Assembly (NCBI RefSeq): GCF_009914755.1 | Contig: NC_060929.1 | DNA length: 64,000 bases | Reading direction: 5' to 3' (one strand) | Source: the human T2T-CHM13v2.0 reference genome, Homo sapiens | Shown here: piece after piece, positions 43,184 to 58,631 of the stretch | Layout: each line of letters opens with the position of its first letter | How positions within the stretch are numbered: the stretch's first letter is position 1 | The notes under the pieces: model-generated | Told to the model about the DNA's origin: nothing | The model's input: only the letters and a program-made list of their open reading frames with translations | The model's database searches: none | Position numbers and translations under genes: made by a program

Positions 43184-43699
43184 GTGAGAGCTCATGTTGT
43201 ACTTTCTTGGGCTCTGCTGGCAAGCTAGGGATTCAGAGTGGGAGGAGGGCTCTTATGGGGAGCTCCAGATGGGCACTCAGCTTGGGGATGGGGAAGACCT
43301 GTGGCAGGGGATGTTTTCAGGGTTTCCGGTGTGGTATTTTTACCTTTTGGTTTTCTTGTGCCAGACTTTGGTGAAAACCAACTGTATAATAAGCATCCCT
43401 CTTTGATGATATGAAAATTAATCATATAGGTTAAAAAAAATTGATGTTTGAGATGAATGTTTCCATTTCACCTGGGCCTGAAGGTTATTTTGGGTTCCAC
43501 TCTTTGCCTTGTAGACCCCACAGTTGCAAATGGAGAACAGCCTAAGCATACCTAAAGAGATAATGGAGACAGCTCCCTTTTGCCTTCTACTTCTTAACTA
43601 CGTTCAGCTCATAGATGAACACGTTATTTTAATGTGATTATGCTGTTGGAATAGGGGCATTTCAATCAGATATACCTTCTTCTTTTTAAAAAATGTATT

Positions 43700-43950
43700 G
43701 TAGTTTACAGATAACAGACTTAAAAGACTTTTTATATTTAAATACTTATAGATTTAGAAGAGAGTTGCAAAGATTACATACAGAGAGTTATCATATGCCC
43801 TTCACCCAGCTTCCCCTAATGTTAACATTTAAATAACTATGGCACATTTATAAAAACTGAGAAATTAACATGGATACAGTTATTTTAACTGCACTCTGGA
43901 CTTTATTCAGATGTTACCAGTTTTTTCATGGATGTCCTTTTTCTGTTCAT
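43700..43950 (-). mobile_element. L1MB/L1MC 3' end fragment
   Basis: agttgcaaa...cccttcacccagcttcccctaatgttaaca...aaaactgagaaattaaca. Confidence 0.7.
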
Positions 43951-44750
43951 ATGGAAGATTTTTGCTAGCTCCTTCTCATCCTTCAGACCCTCAGGCTAAA
44001 TGTTATCTTGGAAAAGCTACTGCTGGATATTGTAAATAAATTAAATTTCTCCCCCAGCCCCTGTGCCATTATTCTCTGACACAGCTCCCTATTTATTTCC
44101 TCCACTGCATACATCGCTGTGTATTGATTTGTTTGCTTCTGTGTCATTTGATGACCTCTATTAGAATGTAAGTTCCATGCCAAATGGGACCCAGTCTGTT
44201 CCCATTATATCCCCATTTCTCTGCGCTTTGCCTGTCTCATATTAAGTAGATGTTTAATAAGTCCTTGAAAGAATAAATGAATACAATAAGTTTATTTTGG
44301 AAAGCCGACAAGGACTATAATTTTGTTTCAGGGTATTTTGATTCTCACCCTATTTGGGAAGAGCTATCTCCCTTTTGATGTCCCAAACTGGTTCTAATCC
44401 ACAATTTTTCATAGTTTTAAAAAAAATTAGAGATTTTGATTTTAAGACTTATCATAAAGCATTACCAAGCATAAAACATTTGTAAGTAAAATGGTATGGT
44501 AATGAAGTCAGAACCTTGTTTTGAACTCTTGTTTCTTTAACTTCCTAGCTGCATAACCTTAGAAAAGTTAGCCTTTCTAAACCTGAGCTTTCTAACTTAT
44601 AAAATTGGGATAAGTATTGTATATAGCTTGTAGAGTTATGAAGTCTACATGGCATAATGAATGCAAAATGCAAAGTGTGTGCTTGGTACACGGTAACTGC
44701 TCAGGGCTATGGGTATTTTCAGATTTTTACGTCTCTTTTAATGCTACTAA

Positions 44751-45188
<438 letters not shown>

Positions 45189-48100
45189 TAGCTGACAACT
45201 TAGATATCAGAATCTAAATTGATTTTAGGAAAGCTGAGGTTGCATTGTTTATTTCTCTTGAGAAAGTTTAATGAGGTTTTTTTTTCCCCCTGTATGGTTT
45301 ATTATTGCTGTCTTTAACTCAAAGGGAAATGGATAAAGTTCCTTTTAGTAGAAAGAGCCTTTCACGGGGAAGTTCTCAAAATTTTGAGTGTGTAAGAATA
45401 AACTGGAGAGCTTATTAAAATGCTAATTCCTGAGACCTAGCTCGAAGAGTCTAATTGAGTAGGAATTAACATTTTTTAAAGTTTTTAGAAAAATGTAAAT
45501 TATTTTGGAAAAGGTAACGCATTTACATGGATGAAAATGAAAAGGTATGAAAGGGTACCATGTGGAAATGGTCCCTCCAGACCCTGTGCATGGCTAATCC
45601 CAGTCCCTTCTCTGTGGCAAAAGGCATATCCAGTTTCTTGTGTTTGCTTCTAGGCACACTCTGTGGATGTGGAATCAATTACGTATATGCTATATACTCT
45701 TTATTATTATCATGCAAATGGTAGCATGCTATGTAACTGTTCTGCACTTTGCCTTTCTTCACTTAATGGTATATATTTTTGGGAGATCATGGAATGACAG
45801 TGGATTTGCACAGAAGTTATGTTCAGAGCTTCTGCTTACCCTAAACTGGTCACCACTGGGCCCCACTGGCAGAAGACTTAGAGTTCCCTATTTTCAAGGT
45901 CAGTCAACTGGATGTCGATAGCTCCATCAGATTTGATCAGGCAGGATTCAGAAGCTCATATTCATCCTCTACCTCATCTCTAGGAATGCTCTGCATGCCT
46001 AGATTTTCAAAATGGATCATGCCTTTTGCTCCATGTAAAAGAATGACCTGTTCAGAAACTGCATTCCTTCACTCCTTTCTGTAAGGGTGAAGAAATGACT
46101 TTTCAGGGTCAGTACTTTTTTCTGTATCCTAAGACCCAGCCTCTCCAATTTTCAATTTCTCTATCCACACTGGTGTCAATAATAAAATGCGAAGCAAACT
46201 GTGCAAGAAACAAAGGGTCTTAGAATTCAGAGGATCAGCCATCACCCAACTGGAATTTATTCAGGGAGTGAAGCCTGAATATTTATGCAAATTGCCTGGT
46301 AATCACAGAAATATTCAGGAACCACTTCACTGTAAAGATGTTTTTTTCCAATGCCTGGTTAACATGGTGCATCCAAAATTGCTGTCTGTATCCTCTCCCC
46401 AGAGTTAAGGGTAGGAGGAGGATGTGGGGATGAAAATGTTCTTGTGATTTTAATATTTATGTGTGTGGTTTCCTGACCCTTTAGACAGATATGTGACAAC
46501 AGATTAATCCAATAAATATGTAGTTTGTTTGAGCCAGGTGGTTTTTGTGAGGTTATGGAGACTAATTCTGGTAAGTCTTGTTGCACTTCTTGTGTCACTG
46601 TGCCTTTTTAAAGTGAGACTTCCATGGTTTTAAAGTTCTGATTTCCACCTCCAAATAAATTTCCCTCACCCCAAAAGCATTGAAATATGTCTGCCCCTTC
46701 CTGCCCTGGAAGCCCCTCTCAGGATTTCAGGTGGTGCCACTGCAGAGGCAAATTGAGTCCCATCCTAGAGACATGACAAGGACGACTCTAGCTACGCATA
46801 TGGTGTGGCACAGGCAGCAGGGAGTGGGCTGCTTGGCTCTTCTTCATTGTTCAGAGCTGCTGTCATTGTCAGGGGCCCGGCTTGGCATCAAGGCCAGATG
46901 GAGTGCTAGCACGGGCCTGGGCTGGGCATGTGGTGTCAATTCCAGCCTCTTGGAAGTCGGAGTAATTCCTTGACTGCAGCCACATCTCCAGGGCTGGGAG
47001 GAGGCCTCTGAGGGTTAGCATCATGGCAGGGCAGGCTGGACAGCTGCTGCTTCTCAGTCCTGCTGTGTGTCTGGGTTTCAGATTCAGTAGAAACCCTCTG
47101 ATTAATATTAACTGACAGAAGGCCAGCCCTGGCGTTGTACACAGTTAAAAAAGAAAGCAAAATTCTTACCTTTAAATACATACAGAGACTAGAGGTAGAC
47201 AAAGTATCCTTTGGGGACCCCTTTCAAAGAGGAGGCAAAGTGTAATTAGTGTAGCCACGCTCGGCTCACATGTGAAAGTCGTATGACCTTATTCACAGCT
47301 GAAAGGTAACTCCTCTCCCACCATCTATTTGCTAAGTGAGCCCTGTTACCAAAATAGTCCCAAAGGGAAACTTCAGCTCATCCCCTTTCTTAAATCCTCA
47401 AGTTCCCAATGAATAAAACCTGAATTCATTATGCTTACTAGGTGTCCATCGACCTCGGGTGAGCATCTCTCTTTATACCCTTAAATAAGGTGAGTGTGAT
47501 TCCTCTGGCCAAGTTTGAGCAGTAATGAAATTCCTCCTGTTATTCTCCCTGTGAAGTGTCCTGTGCCTCGGGGACGTGATTTGCTTTGAGCCTGCACTCA
47601 TTTAACTGCCAGATGTGCAAATTGCCTGGAGTATTTTCAGTGACAGTTGCTTGTACTCACAGCCTTGAACATTTGTATTGACATTAAGCGGAGGGACCAG
47701 AAGGCTTTTAAGCACTTTCTGGGATTTTGGCAGACTACCCTATTGGCCTGTCATCAGAAGGATCCTATGGAGAAGGTGGAGAAGGGTTTACTGGTTAAGG
47801 ACGGTGGTTCTTGGGTCACACTAGACCCGAGTTTACTTCCTGGTTCAGCTTTTTACATGACTGTGTGACTATGGGTAATTTTCTAAACCTCTCTGATTCT
47901 CAGTAAGCTCATCTGGAAAGTGGGAATAAGAACAATAACGTCTGTCTTAGAGGGTGATAGTGTGGGCTAATGAGATGGATGATGCATTTAAAGTACTTGA
48001 CACAGCACTGGGCTCAGCATAATGTTTCATACTAAACAGCAATTGTTATTATTGGTGTTGTGGTTGTTTTTCCTGCTGATCCCAATTTCCGTGCTGACCT

Positions 48101-48475
48101 TTAAATTCCTTGCAATAAGGGCATCCCTTAACGTTTGATAGTTGCACACAACCCTCAACTACATGGTTTTCCTCAGGGTCCGAGAGACACAGGACCTAAT
48201 GAATAAAAGGGCCTTGGTTGGTACATGCTCTCCATTCTGACTTTGAACGTGTTTGTTGTTGTTGTTGTTGTTGTTGTTGTTTTCAATTTTTATTGCCCTA
48301 GAATGTTTTTGTAAAGGGGCCATGTTACATATGCCTGGAAGAAGTAGAGGTCAAGGTGAAATATTTGTGATTTCTCACTTCATTGTTTGTGTTACTACAG
48401 GCTCCAACATAGTTACATAGTTTTGGACACTTGACAGCTATCCTCTCTGATGATTTACCCCTCAGGGCTCTTTTA

Positions 48476-48478
<3 letters not shown>

Positions 48479-48510
<32 letters not shown>
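48479..48510 (+). repeat. (CA)16 microsatellite
   Basis: Directly visible. Confidence 0.95.
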
Positions 48511-48513
<3 letters not shown>

Positions 48514-49470
48514 CACACACAGTTTTTTCCTTGTTTTCTTTATGGAGGCAATTAGCCTCAACTTTGATTTGACCTGTGATATTGAGTAAATTACTTAATC
48601 CTTGTAAGTCTTAATTTCTGCATCTGTAAAATGGGAATAGTCACAGAATGGGTCCCCTTGGGTTGCTTGTTCATCAGTGGCACATGTGGCTAGTTAGCCT
48701 AGGAATTGCAGGAGTAAGGAGTCATCACCAGCCAGGTTCCCACATGGAATGTCTTGCTCCCTGTGGATGACTTCAGGCTTCAGTGAGAGGAGAACTGAGA
48801 AACTTACAAACACTAATTTGCTGTCTTCTCCAACACAAGCTCAGACCTGCCTGGTGGTGATGACAGGAGAAAGGACGCACAGATATGCCCGGAGAAAGCT
48901 CCAAGAGGAGTCTAGAAGAAAAGCAAACCCTCTGTGCCTTTGAAACAGATTTGTCCCTACAAGAACCTCATCTCCAAGAAATGTGTCTTTTTAGTCTGAT
49001 GCTAATCAGAGGCACCATCTGGTTCAGTGTAAACTGCTTTAGGATCCACATTGCTAGAGATTTCTCTTCAAATTTCCAAAACAAACACAGAGAGAGATTG
49101 ACAGAAAGAGAGAGGGAAGAAGGGGGGAGAGAGGGAGAGAGAGAGACAGACACCTGACAGAGATTTGGAAGCTCTTTCAATGTTTATTTTCAGCTGGTGG
49201 GTTTTTTTCACTGGGAACTTTATTGAGAAGCTGTTTTTTGAGCAAAGCATCCAGTTTCCCTTTTATTAAAGCTTAGCTTCCTTCTTCCCTCTCATCTGTT
49301 GCCCACAGTATCTGGAGATGCTGGGTCCCCCATTCACAGTGTACAAGGGGCTGGACAACGGTTGGGGAAAAGAGGGATGGAAATAATTGTGCCTATATCT
49401 TTTCTAATCAACATATCATTGCAGCATTGGGCTAGGAATAAACAACCCTCTGACTCTAGCAGTTACTACC

Positions 49471-50820
<1,350 letters not shown>

Positions 50821-51304
50821 TCTAGTGGTTATTACTTTGGTGATCTTCTTTAACATCTCTGAGCCTCGGGTTCCATGTCAGAAAAATTTGAAAAATGTGA
50901 ATAGGAGTGTCATAGAATAAGAGACCTTTGAGTCAGGATATCCTTATTTTGGATCCTGGCTTGATTGCATGCTAGCTGTGTTCCTTTGAACAAGTAACCT
51001 CTCTGAGCTGTAGCTTCTTTAGCTACAGAAATGTGATAACTTATGAAAAGCAACTAGCAGAGTGCCAGAGACCCAGCTGCTGCTTATTAAAATGCATCTA
51101 TTTTGTCTGTTGTATAACAGTACTAACCATAACAATAGTAACGACATCAACAGCAACTTAAAGGGAGAGACTTAATATTTATCAAATGCCAGCTCTGTAT
51201 CAGGTATTACATACAGCATAAATATATATTAAGTTTTTACAAAAACCTAATGGCCTAGAAAGTTAAGTAATTTTCATTCCAGTGAGATCAAATATTACAC
51301 AACG

Positions 51305-51720
51305 TATTAGGGTATTAATATTTTGGACTATGTGATGCTAGGGTTACAAATTAATCTCCAAATCTCAGTGGTTTGATAATGGAAAGGTTTATTTCTCTCC
51401 TGTGCAAAGTCTGATGAAGGTCATATGCCTTTTGTCCCTCCTGAAGTTGTGCCAGCTGGTGCATGTGGCCTCCCTGTAGCAGGAAAGATAAGAAGGGAGG
51501 GAAGGAGCACAGTGGCTCTTAATGACCTTGGCCTGGAAGTGACACCTGCCAGTTCCACCCACGGTCCGTTGGCCAGAACACATCACATGTGCTCTGCCAG
51601 TTCCACCCACAGTCCATTGGCCAGAACACATCACATGTGCTAACACCAGAGAATCTGGGATGTAAACGAAGCACACGCACATGCAATATTTGATGAGCGC
51701 TGTCTCTACGGCTCACAGGT
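51305..51720. mobile_element. MLT1-family LTR containing a 48-bp tandem duplication
   Basis: gtattaggg...aatctcagtggttt...aaggtttatttctc...ggcctggaagtgacac...ccattggccagaac..tcacatg. Confidence 0.7.
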
Positions 51721-53539
51721 AGTAAGTGCTGGAGCTGATTCTGAGTGCAAGTCATTTGAATAACAGAACCCACCTTTTTCTCACTATGCTTTATTCTTAT
51801 GAGGACTAAAAAGGAGAAAATAGTGGTGTATTGACTTGGTAATTCTTCCTTCTCCATGTGAGAACAAGTGCCTCACCATTCCTCCTGAAGGATTTGTTTA
51901 TTTCCATTCCCTGCTCCCAACTCCTGTTCCAAATGCCAGGCTATACATGAACTCTGACAGGTGTGCACAGGGACCCTTGCCTGGGAGGGGGATGAGGCTC
52001 TTGCTGCCAGCAGTTGCTGTGTCACCTGTGGCTTCTCAGGGCACAGCTTCCCTGCAGCAAGCCGGGGTGTTAGCAGGCTGCCCAAGACTTGGAATGTTGA
52101 CATGAGGCTCTGCTTCTGAGACTGTTCAGAAGGAAAAGGCAGTTAGGAGAACAAAGCCTCTCCCTCTCAGGATGTGCTCTAGCCTCATAGTGGGGCTGTC
52201 ATCTCTCTTTGTACCTTACATGGCCTTGCAAAATTCAGTTCATTGCATATAGTGCCTGGAATACCTTCTACTGCCTCCCATTCCCTACCTCAACCCCTAG
52301 CCATGCTCAACAGGCAACTCCTACTCATCCCTTTAAGAACCAAAGTAGACCTCAAGCCTGCAGTAAGTCCTCCCTGATGTCTCAGGCATTTCAGCTCAAT
52401 TCCATTCAACATTTAGTCCCTGGGGAAGCAATGTGGATACAATTGTGACGAGTTTGCAAACTTCTGCACCGTGATCTCTGTGCAAAGAAAATGAAGCTGC
52501 TTCTTTTTGTTTTTAATCTAATTTAATCTTCTTTTTGAGTCTCTACTTTGTGCTGTGGCAACTTAAAAATTTCAATACATGGTATCTTATGGCTCTAGAT
52601 TTAACCAGTTTTTCTGACTCAAAACAGTCCCCACCCTCCTAGGAACTCAAATAGGAAGGGGAAGAAAGGCACAGGTTTTGACGTTTCCCTCAGTTTATCT
52701 AAAATGACTCCCTTTGGGACTTTAGCCCCAGAGGGGATGTTGGTACACACAAATTTTGTGGCTTTGGGTCTCAATGCCAGGTGAAGGAGCAGCTGACCCT
52801 TCCTCTCCATCTTATCGCCTTCCTTTCTGAGGAGTCTGTCCTCATCTCTGTCCCTGGGATGGTAGAAAGAGAATGGCTGCCAGGGTACCTGATGAATGGG
52901 GAAAGATGTGAAAGTAGAGGGTTGAATACATTGCAGATATTACCCTGATTCCCAAAGGGGGCAAAACAACGCATCTAACCTCAAAGCTTAGATGTCCCTG
53001 AGGAGTTTGCTAAAATTGCAGAATCCTGGACCCTACTCCAAAGATTCTGACTCTGAATATCTGGGGAGGAGGCCAGGGATGTGCATGGTATCAGCCCGCC
53101 AAGGGGCTTTGGATGCAGGTGGCCCTTGACCTCTCTCAAATGGGAGACACAGCTCCAGGAGCCTGAGGAGGGAAAGGAAAGCAGTGTGGGCAAGGACATG
53201 GCTCCCCCATTGCAGAGTACAAATTTCCATCATGACACTTGACATATCATTCTAGCATTCTCTGTTTATGGGACTGTCTATACTGATGGAATGAACTCCT
53301 TAAGGATAAGGGAAGTTGTAAGTTTTGTTTTATTTACGTTCCTGGTCTATACACACGTTTATGTGCCTGGTCTTACTGATACCAGCTCTCAGAGGCTGGT
53401 CTGTGGACCTCGGTAGTAAAAGCATTATTCAATGGCCAGTGTCCCTTTAAGAAAAGGAAAAGAACAGACCTCAATTGTACAGAGCTGGAGCAGTCCTGGC
53501 CATTAATTCAAAATACATCTTATTATTGATCCACACAAG

Positions 53540-55430
53540 ACATGCTTTTATTTATTTAAATGTTCTATTCATTATTTTTAATAACAAATGAAGCATCCAT
53601 GCATTCACCACACAAAACAGAAGCTAGGAAGTTAACAATCACTTACGTGTAACCACATGACTGCCTTTCCCCACCTAAGGTAACCACATTCTTGAGTCTT
53701 TTTTTTTTTTTTTTTTTTTTTTGAGACAGGGTCTTGCTTTGTCACCTAGGCTGAAGCACAGTGGCACAGTCATAGCTTATTGTAACCCTGAGCTCCTGGA
53801 CTCAAGCAATCCTCCTGCTTCAGCTTCTGAGTAGTTAGGACTACAGGGACATACCACCATGTCTGGTGAAGTTTTTTAAAAAAAACTTTGTAGAGATAGG
53901 GTCTCCCTATATTCCCCAGGCTGGTCTCAGACCCCTGGGCTTAAGTGATCCTTCTGCCTTGGCCTCTCAAAGCACTGAGATTACAAGCATGAGCCATTGC
54001 ACCCAGCCTCTTGAATCTTTTGTTAATCATTCCACTGCTTTCCTTTTCATGCAGTTGTATTGCATTTATATATATTCCCAGTATTTTAGTTATTTGAACT
54101 TTACGAAAAGTGTATTGAACTGTTGATAATTTGAAGGAATTTATTTTTTTTACTTAATATTAAACTAGGAATCATCCATATTACTGATTGCTGGAGTTCA
54201 TTGTTTTGATGACGGTAGGAAATTCCATTGTGTGAATAAGCCATAATTTGTTCATTCATGCTTTCAATTTCAGGCATTGGGTTGTGTCAGTGTTTCTTCT
54301 ATTGAAAGCACTGCTGCTAAGAACATTCTTGTACATGTCTCTTGTTGTAAATGTTCAAGAGTCTCCTTTGGGGATAGAACTACTAGTAGATTTGCTTGGC
54401 CATAAGGGATCAGAATCTTTAGGAGATAGTGAACACTCTTTTCCAAAGGTGGTTGTACCAATTTACACTCCCACCAGCAATGCCGAAGTGGACCTGTGTA
54501 GCCACAGTCTCTTTAATGCTGGATATTGCCCTACTTCTTAACCTTTGCCACTAAAATGGGCTTAGACTACATCATCACTGTCTTCAGTTGCATTTCCTTG
54601 ATCACCAGTAATGCTGAAAATCCTTTGTTCTGTTTTCTTTGCCACTCGTGTTTTGTTTCTTTGCTATGTCTTTTCATGTCTTTTGACTGTTTTTCTTTTT
54701 TCTTTTTGAGACGGAGTCTCGCTCTGTCGCCCAGGCTGGTGGAGTGCAGTGGCGTGATCTCGGCTCACTGCAACCTCTGCCTCCCAGGTTCAAGCGATTC
54801 TCCTGCCTCAGTTTCCTGAGTAGCTGGGATTACAGGTGTGTGCCACCACGCCTGGCTAATTTTTGTATTTTTAGTAGAGACAGGTTTCACCGTGTTGGTC
54901 AGGCTGGTCTTGAACTCCTGACCTTGTGATCCCTCTGCCTCGGCCTCCCAAAGTGCTGAGATTACAGGTGTGAGCCACCGCACCCGGCCTTTTGTCTTTC
55001 TGTCAGATTGGTTGTATTTTTCTTATTGATCTATAGGATATTTAATATATTCTTTCTACTTATCTTTTGCTGATTTTATGTATTGTGAATATCTTCTCCC
55101 AGTTTATACCTTGTCTTTTTATTTAAGATGCATTTTCATGAGCAAAAGTTCTTAATTTTAACACAATCAAATCAATGTTTTTTTAGTCAAATTTTTGTGT
55201 GTGCCTTAAGAAATCTTTCTCAGTCCTGAAGTCTAAAAGATGTTCATTATTTTTACTAAGAATTCTATAATTTTAGTTTTGATACATAAATCCTTTATCT
55301 ACAGAGTTTATGTTTTATATATAGTGTGAGTAGGAATCTGATTTTTGTCTTTCATTTTTGTTTTTTTCCCATTTGACCACACCTCTTTCCCAGCTTCATC
55401 TGCTGGACAGTTTCTCCTTTCTCCATGCCA
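53540..55430 (-). mobile_element. Old L1M fragment interrupted by two Alus (53699-54008 AluJ-like; 54690-54988 AluS-like)
   Basis: Antisense L1 motifs (ttccaaaggtggttgtaccaatttacactcccaccagcaatg) and two antisense Alu consensus matches. Confidence 0.85.
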
Positions 55431-57117
55431 GTGTCATTTTGCATTTTCAGGACATTGCTCTTTCCTACAGGCTGTGGGCTGAGTTGCTATAGCCTAGATT
55501 CAATCTCCGGTGCTGAGGACAGGGTTGCTGTAGACTGGATTCAGTCTCTGGTCCACAACATGCAGGTTCTCTGTGCTATCGCTCACTGAGAGCTGAAGGA
55601 TTAGGAAAAAGGAGTAGCCTCTCCTCCTCCAGTCAAGCCCCTGAATTAGTCTTCAGTGTGATGTTAGCATCCTGGGAATTATGTGCCAAGGCATAGCACT
55701 TACCTTCTCTCGGCTTGCACTTTCTCAATTATGAAAGAAATAATTTTCCTTATGGTAAGAAATTGCTTGGGCTCATAAAGCTACCTTCCTGTAGTTTCTT
55801 TTTGTATTTGATAATAACAGCACTGAACTGGGAGTGAGGAGACCTGAATCATAGTAAAAACAACATCAGCAGTTGCAACAGCAACTGACGTTTATTGACT
55901 GCTTATTATGCACTGGCACTGTGCTAAACAGTTAGGTATATTATCTCATTTAGTGCACAGTTGTGAGATCTTGGGCATGTCCCTTAACCTCTGTAGAACA
56001 ACTGTAAATGATGACACTGAACAAGATTTTGTAGTGTTCCACCAACAATGAAAATCTATGTTTTAAAAAAGTCATCCTCTGCTTCACAGTGATAATAATT
56101 CTGAATCTTTTTCACATAATACCATTTAGTGCCTTAAAAACCCTCCTCTTCCCATTGAAAAATATTCTCCCAATACTGTGTTGAGAAGTATTGAGAAGCA
56201 TTCCCCCAGTACGTCTCAGCATCCTGCCTCAGCTGGGGGCAAGGGATGAGGCCATTTTATAGAACCTTAAGTGAATGGAGGGCAATTACATGATGCATTC
56301 GAGGTTACACAGCTGGTCATTTAACAGTGCCTCATGTGCTGGAGCGTTTCATTTCTTCAAGAAAGTACCATCGATTTTGAGGACAAGTTTTTTCTCATCA
56401 GAGCATTTAGAGGCATCAAAGTTCTTCAAGTGAGGAGCCCACTTTGCCCGTTTCAACTGCAGTGTCACAAAGCCATAGCCAGCACCAAAACGTCCCTTCC
56501 ACACTCTGGAGATCTGAGAAGGGGTTCTCCCTCAAATCCTCTCTTCCTGTTCTGATGTGACAGATTGCAGACTTCATTCTCAGAGAGAAACCTTCAGATC
56601 CAGAATCAGAGAAGACAGTGATTTAATGTGCTGCAGAACAAGTCCAAGAGAGATTTATGAAAGTGTCTGTTGGGGGTGAGGGTGCACTGAAGTTAAAAAA
56701 AATTGGCATACAATCAAGGAAAAAAATCTGTCTTAAACTTCCAAAAATACTTAGAATAGCAGCTTTCAATGGCCTTATGAACTACAATTTAATTAGGGGA
56801 GAAAAAAATTCCCGATCACTTCTTTAATAGCAATGTAAATAAACTCAATAAACTCTTCGTGTGTGTGTGTGTGTGTGTAATTTACCTCATTAAAAATAGA
56901 GAACAACAAAATCACTCTGTTCTCATATCTTTCAAACTATATTCCATGGGATTCTTATCTAGTTTTGGAATGATTCTTTGCATTAATGGAAGCATACATA
57001 ATGAGGGCATTTATATAAATCTTTATAAGGTTATGCATTTACTCCAAAATTTTGTTTTCACTGTGAAATTGCAATCATGAATGATTCCCATTATGCTGAG
57101 GTGGGGTTTTAGAATGT

Positions 57118-57477
57118 TTGTATGGTTTGGCTGTGTCCCCACCCAAATCTCATCTTGAATTGGAGCTCCCATAATTCCCACGTGTTGTGGGTGTGACCTG
57201 GTGGGAGATAATTGAATCATGGGGGCAGTTTCCCTTATACTGTTCTCATGGTAGTGAATAAGTCTCACGAGATCTGATGGTTTTATAAGGGGAAACCCCG
57301 TTCGCTTGCTTCTCATTCCCTCTTGCCTGCTGCCATGTAAGACGTGCCTTTTGCCCCCTGCCATTATTGTGAGACCTCCCTAGCCACATAGAACTGAGTC
57401 CATTAAACCTCTTTTTCTTTATAAATTACCCAGTCTTGGGTATGTCTTTATCAGCAGGGTGAAAATGGGCTAATACA
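57118..57477 (+). mobile_element. THE1 (MaLR) solo LTR
   Basis: tatggtttggctgtgtccccacccaaatctcatcttgaatt...ctaataca. Confidence 0.9.
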
Positions 57478-58298
57478 AGCATCCTGAGACTTTTATGTTG
57501 ATCTGTTGAAATTTGATTTTGCTAGGTTATTTTTCCCCAACATCTTAGAATAGAAGGAAATTTCCTGAAGACGACAATACAGTTGAATTGAAAATTTGCT
57601 GCAGATTCATTTCAGTTCAAGTAATATTTATTAAAAATCTAAAACTGTGGCAGCACTGTACTGTGGGGACTATTAACAAAATACAGTAATAAGTAATGTA
57701 TGGCCACCACTTATTTAACCATGATTTTGTGCCAGGCCCGAAATAATTAACTAGTTTAATTATCATGACATCCATGTAAAGTGTAGGTATCACTATTCCT
57801 ATTTAACAGGTGAGGAAACTGATAAGGAGGTTTAAAAACTTGCCAGTTAAGGAGGTTTTAAAACTTGCCAATAGTTACACACCAAGTAACAGCAGAGACA
57901 CCATTCCAACTGGGGTCTGTCTGATTCCCCAGCACACACTGAACTGCCATGCTGGATGACTTCTGGAACAGAAGAGTTTCTGTCCCCAGGAGCTTACGAT
58001 TGGAGAAGAAAAGATTTACCCAAAGATCTCTTTAAATTTGAGCTCACACATGCTGGGCAGGTAATACAAATGAGTGAAGGGGCAGGGTCATAGTTATTAT
58101 GAGATTTGCTAAGATAATCATTCCTTTCCGAGTAGATAGTCCTAATGTCACCTTCACTTGTATTTTTACAACTCAGATTTTCTACTTGCCTATTAAACAT
58201 GTGGGAACCTTCTTTACTTCACAGAGAAATCTGATTTCTTTAATTTTCCTCCCTAAAACACAGTGCCATCTGGTTAGTCATCCATATCCCCATGACTG

Positions 58299-58631
<333 letters not shown>

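Noticed and set aside
51546-51641. CRISPR-like or regularly spaced repeat array
   Set aside because: Only two adjacent copies with no spacers, in a mammalian LTR context.
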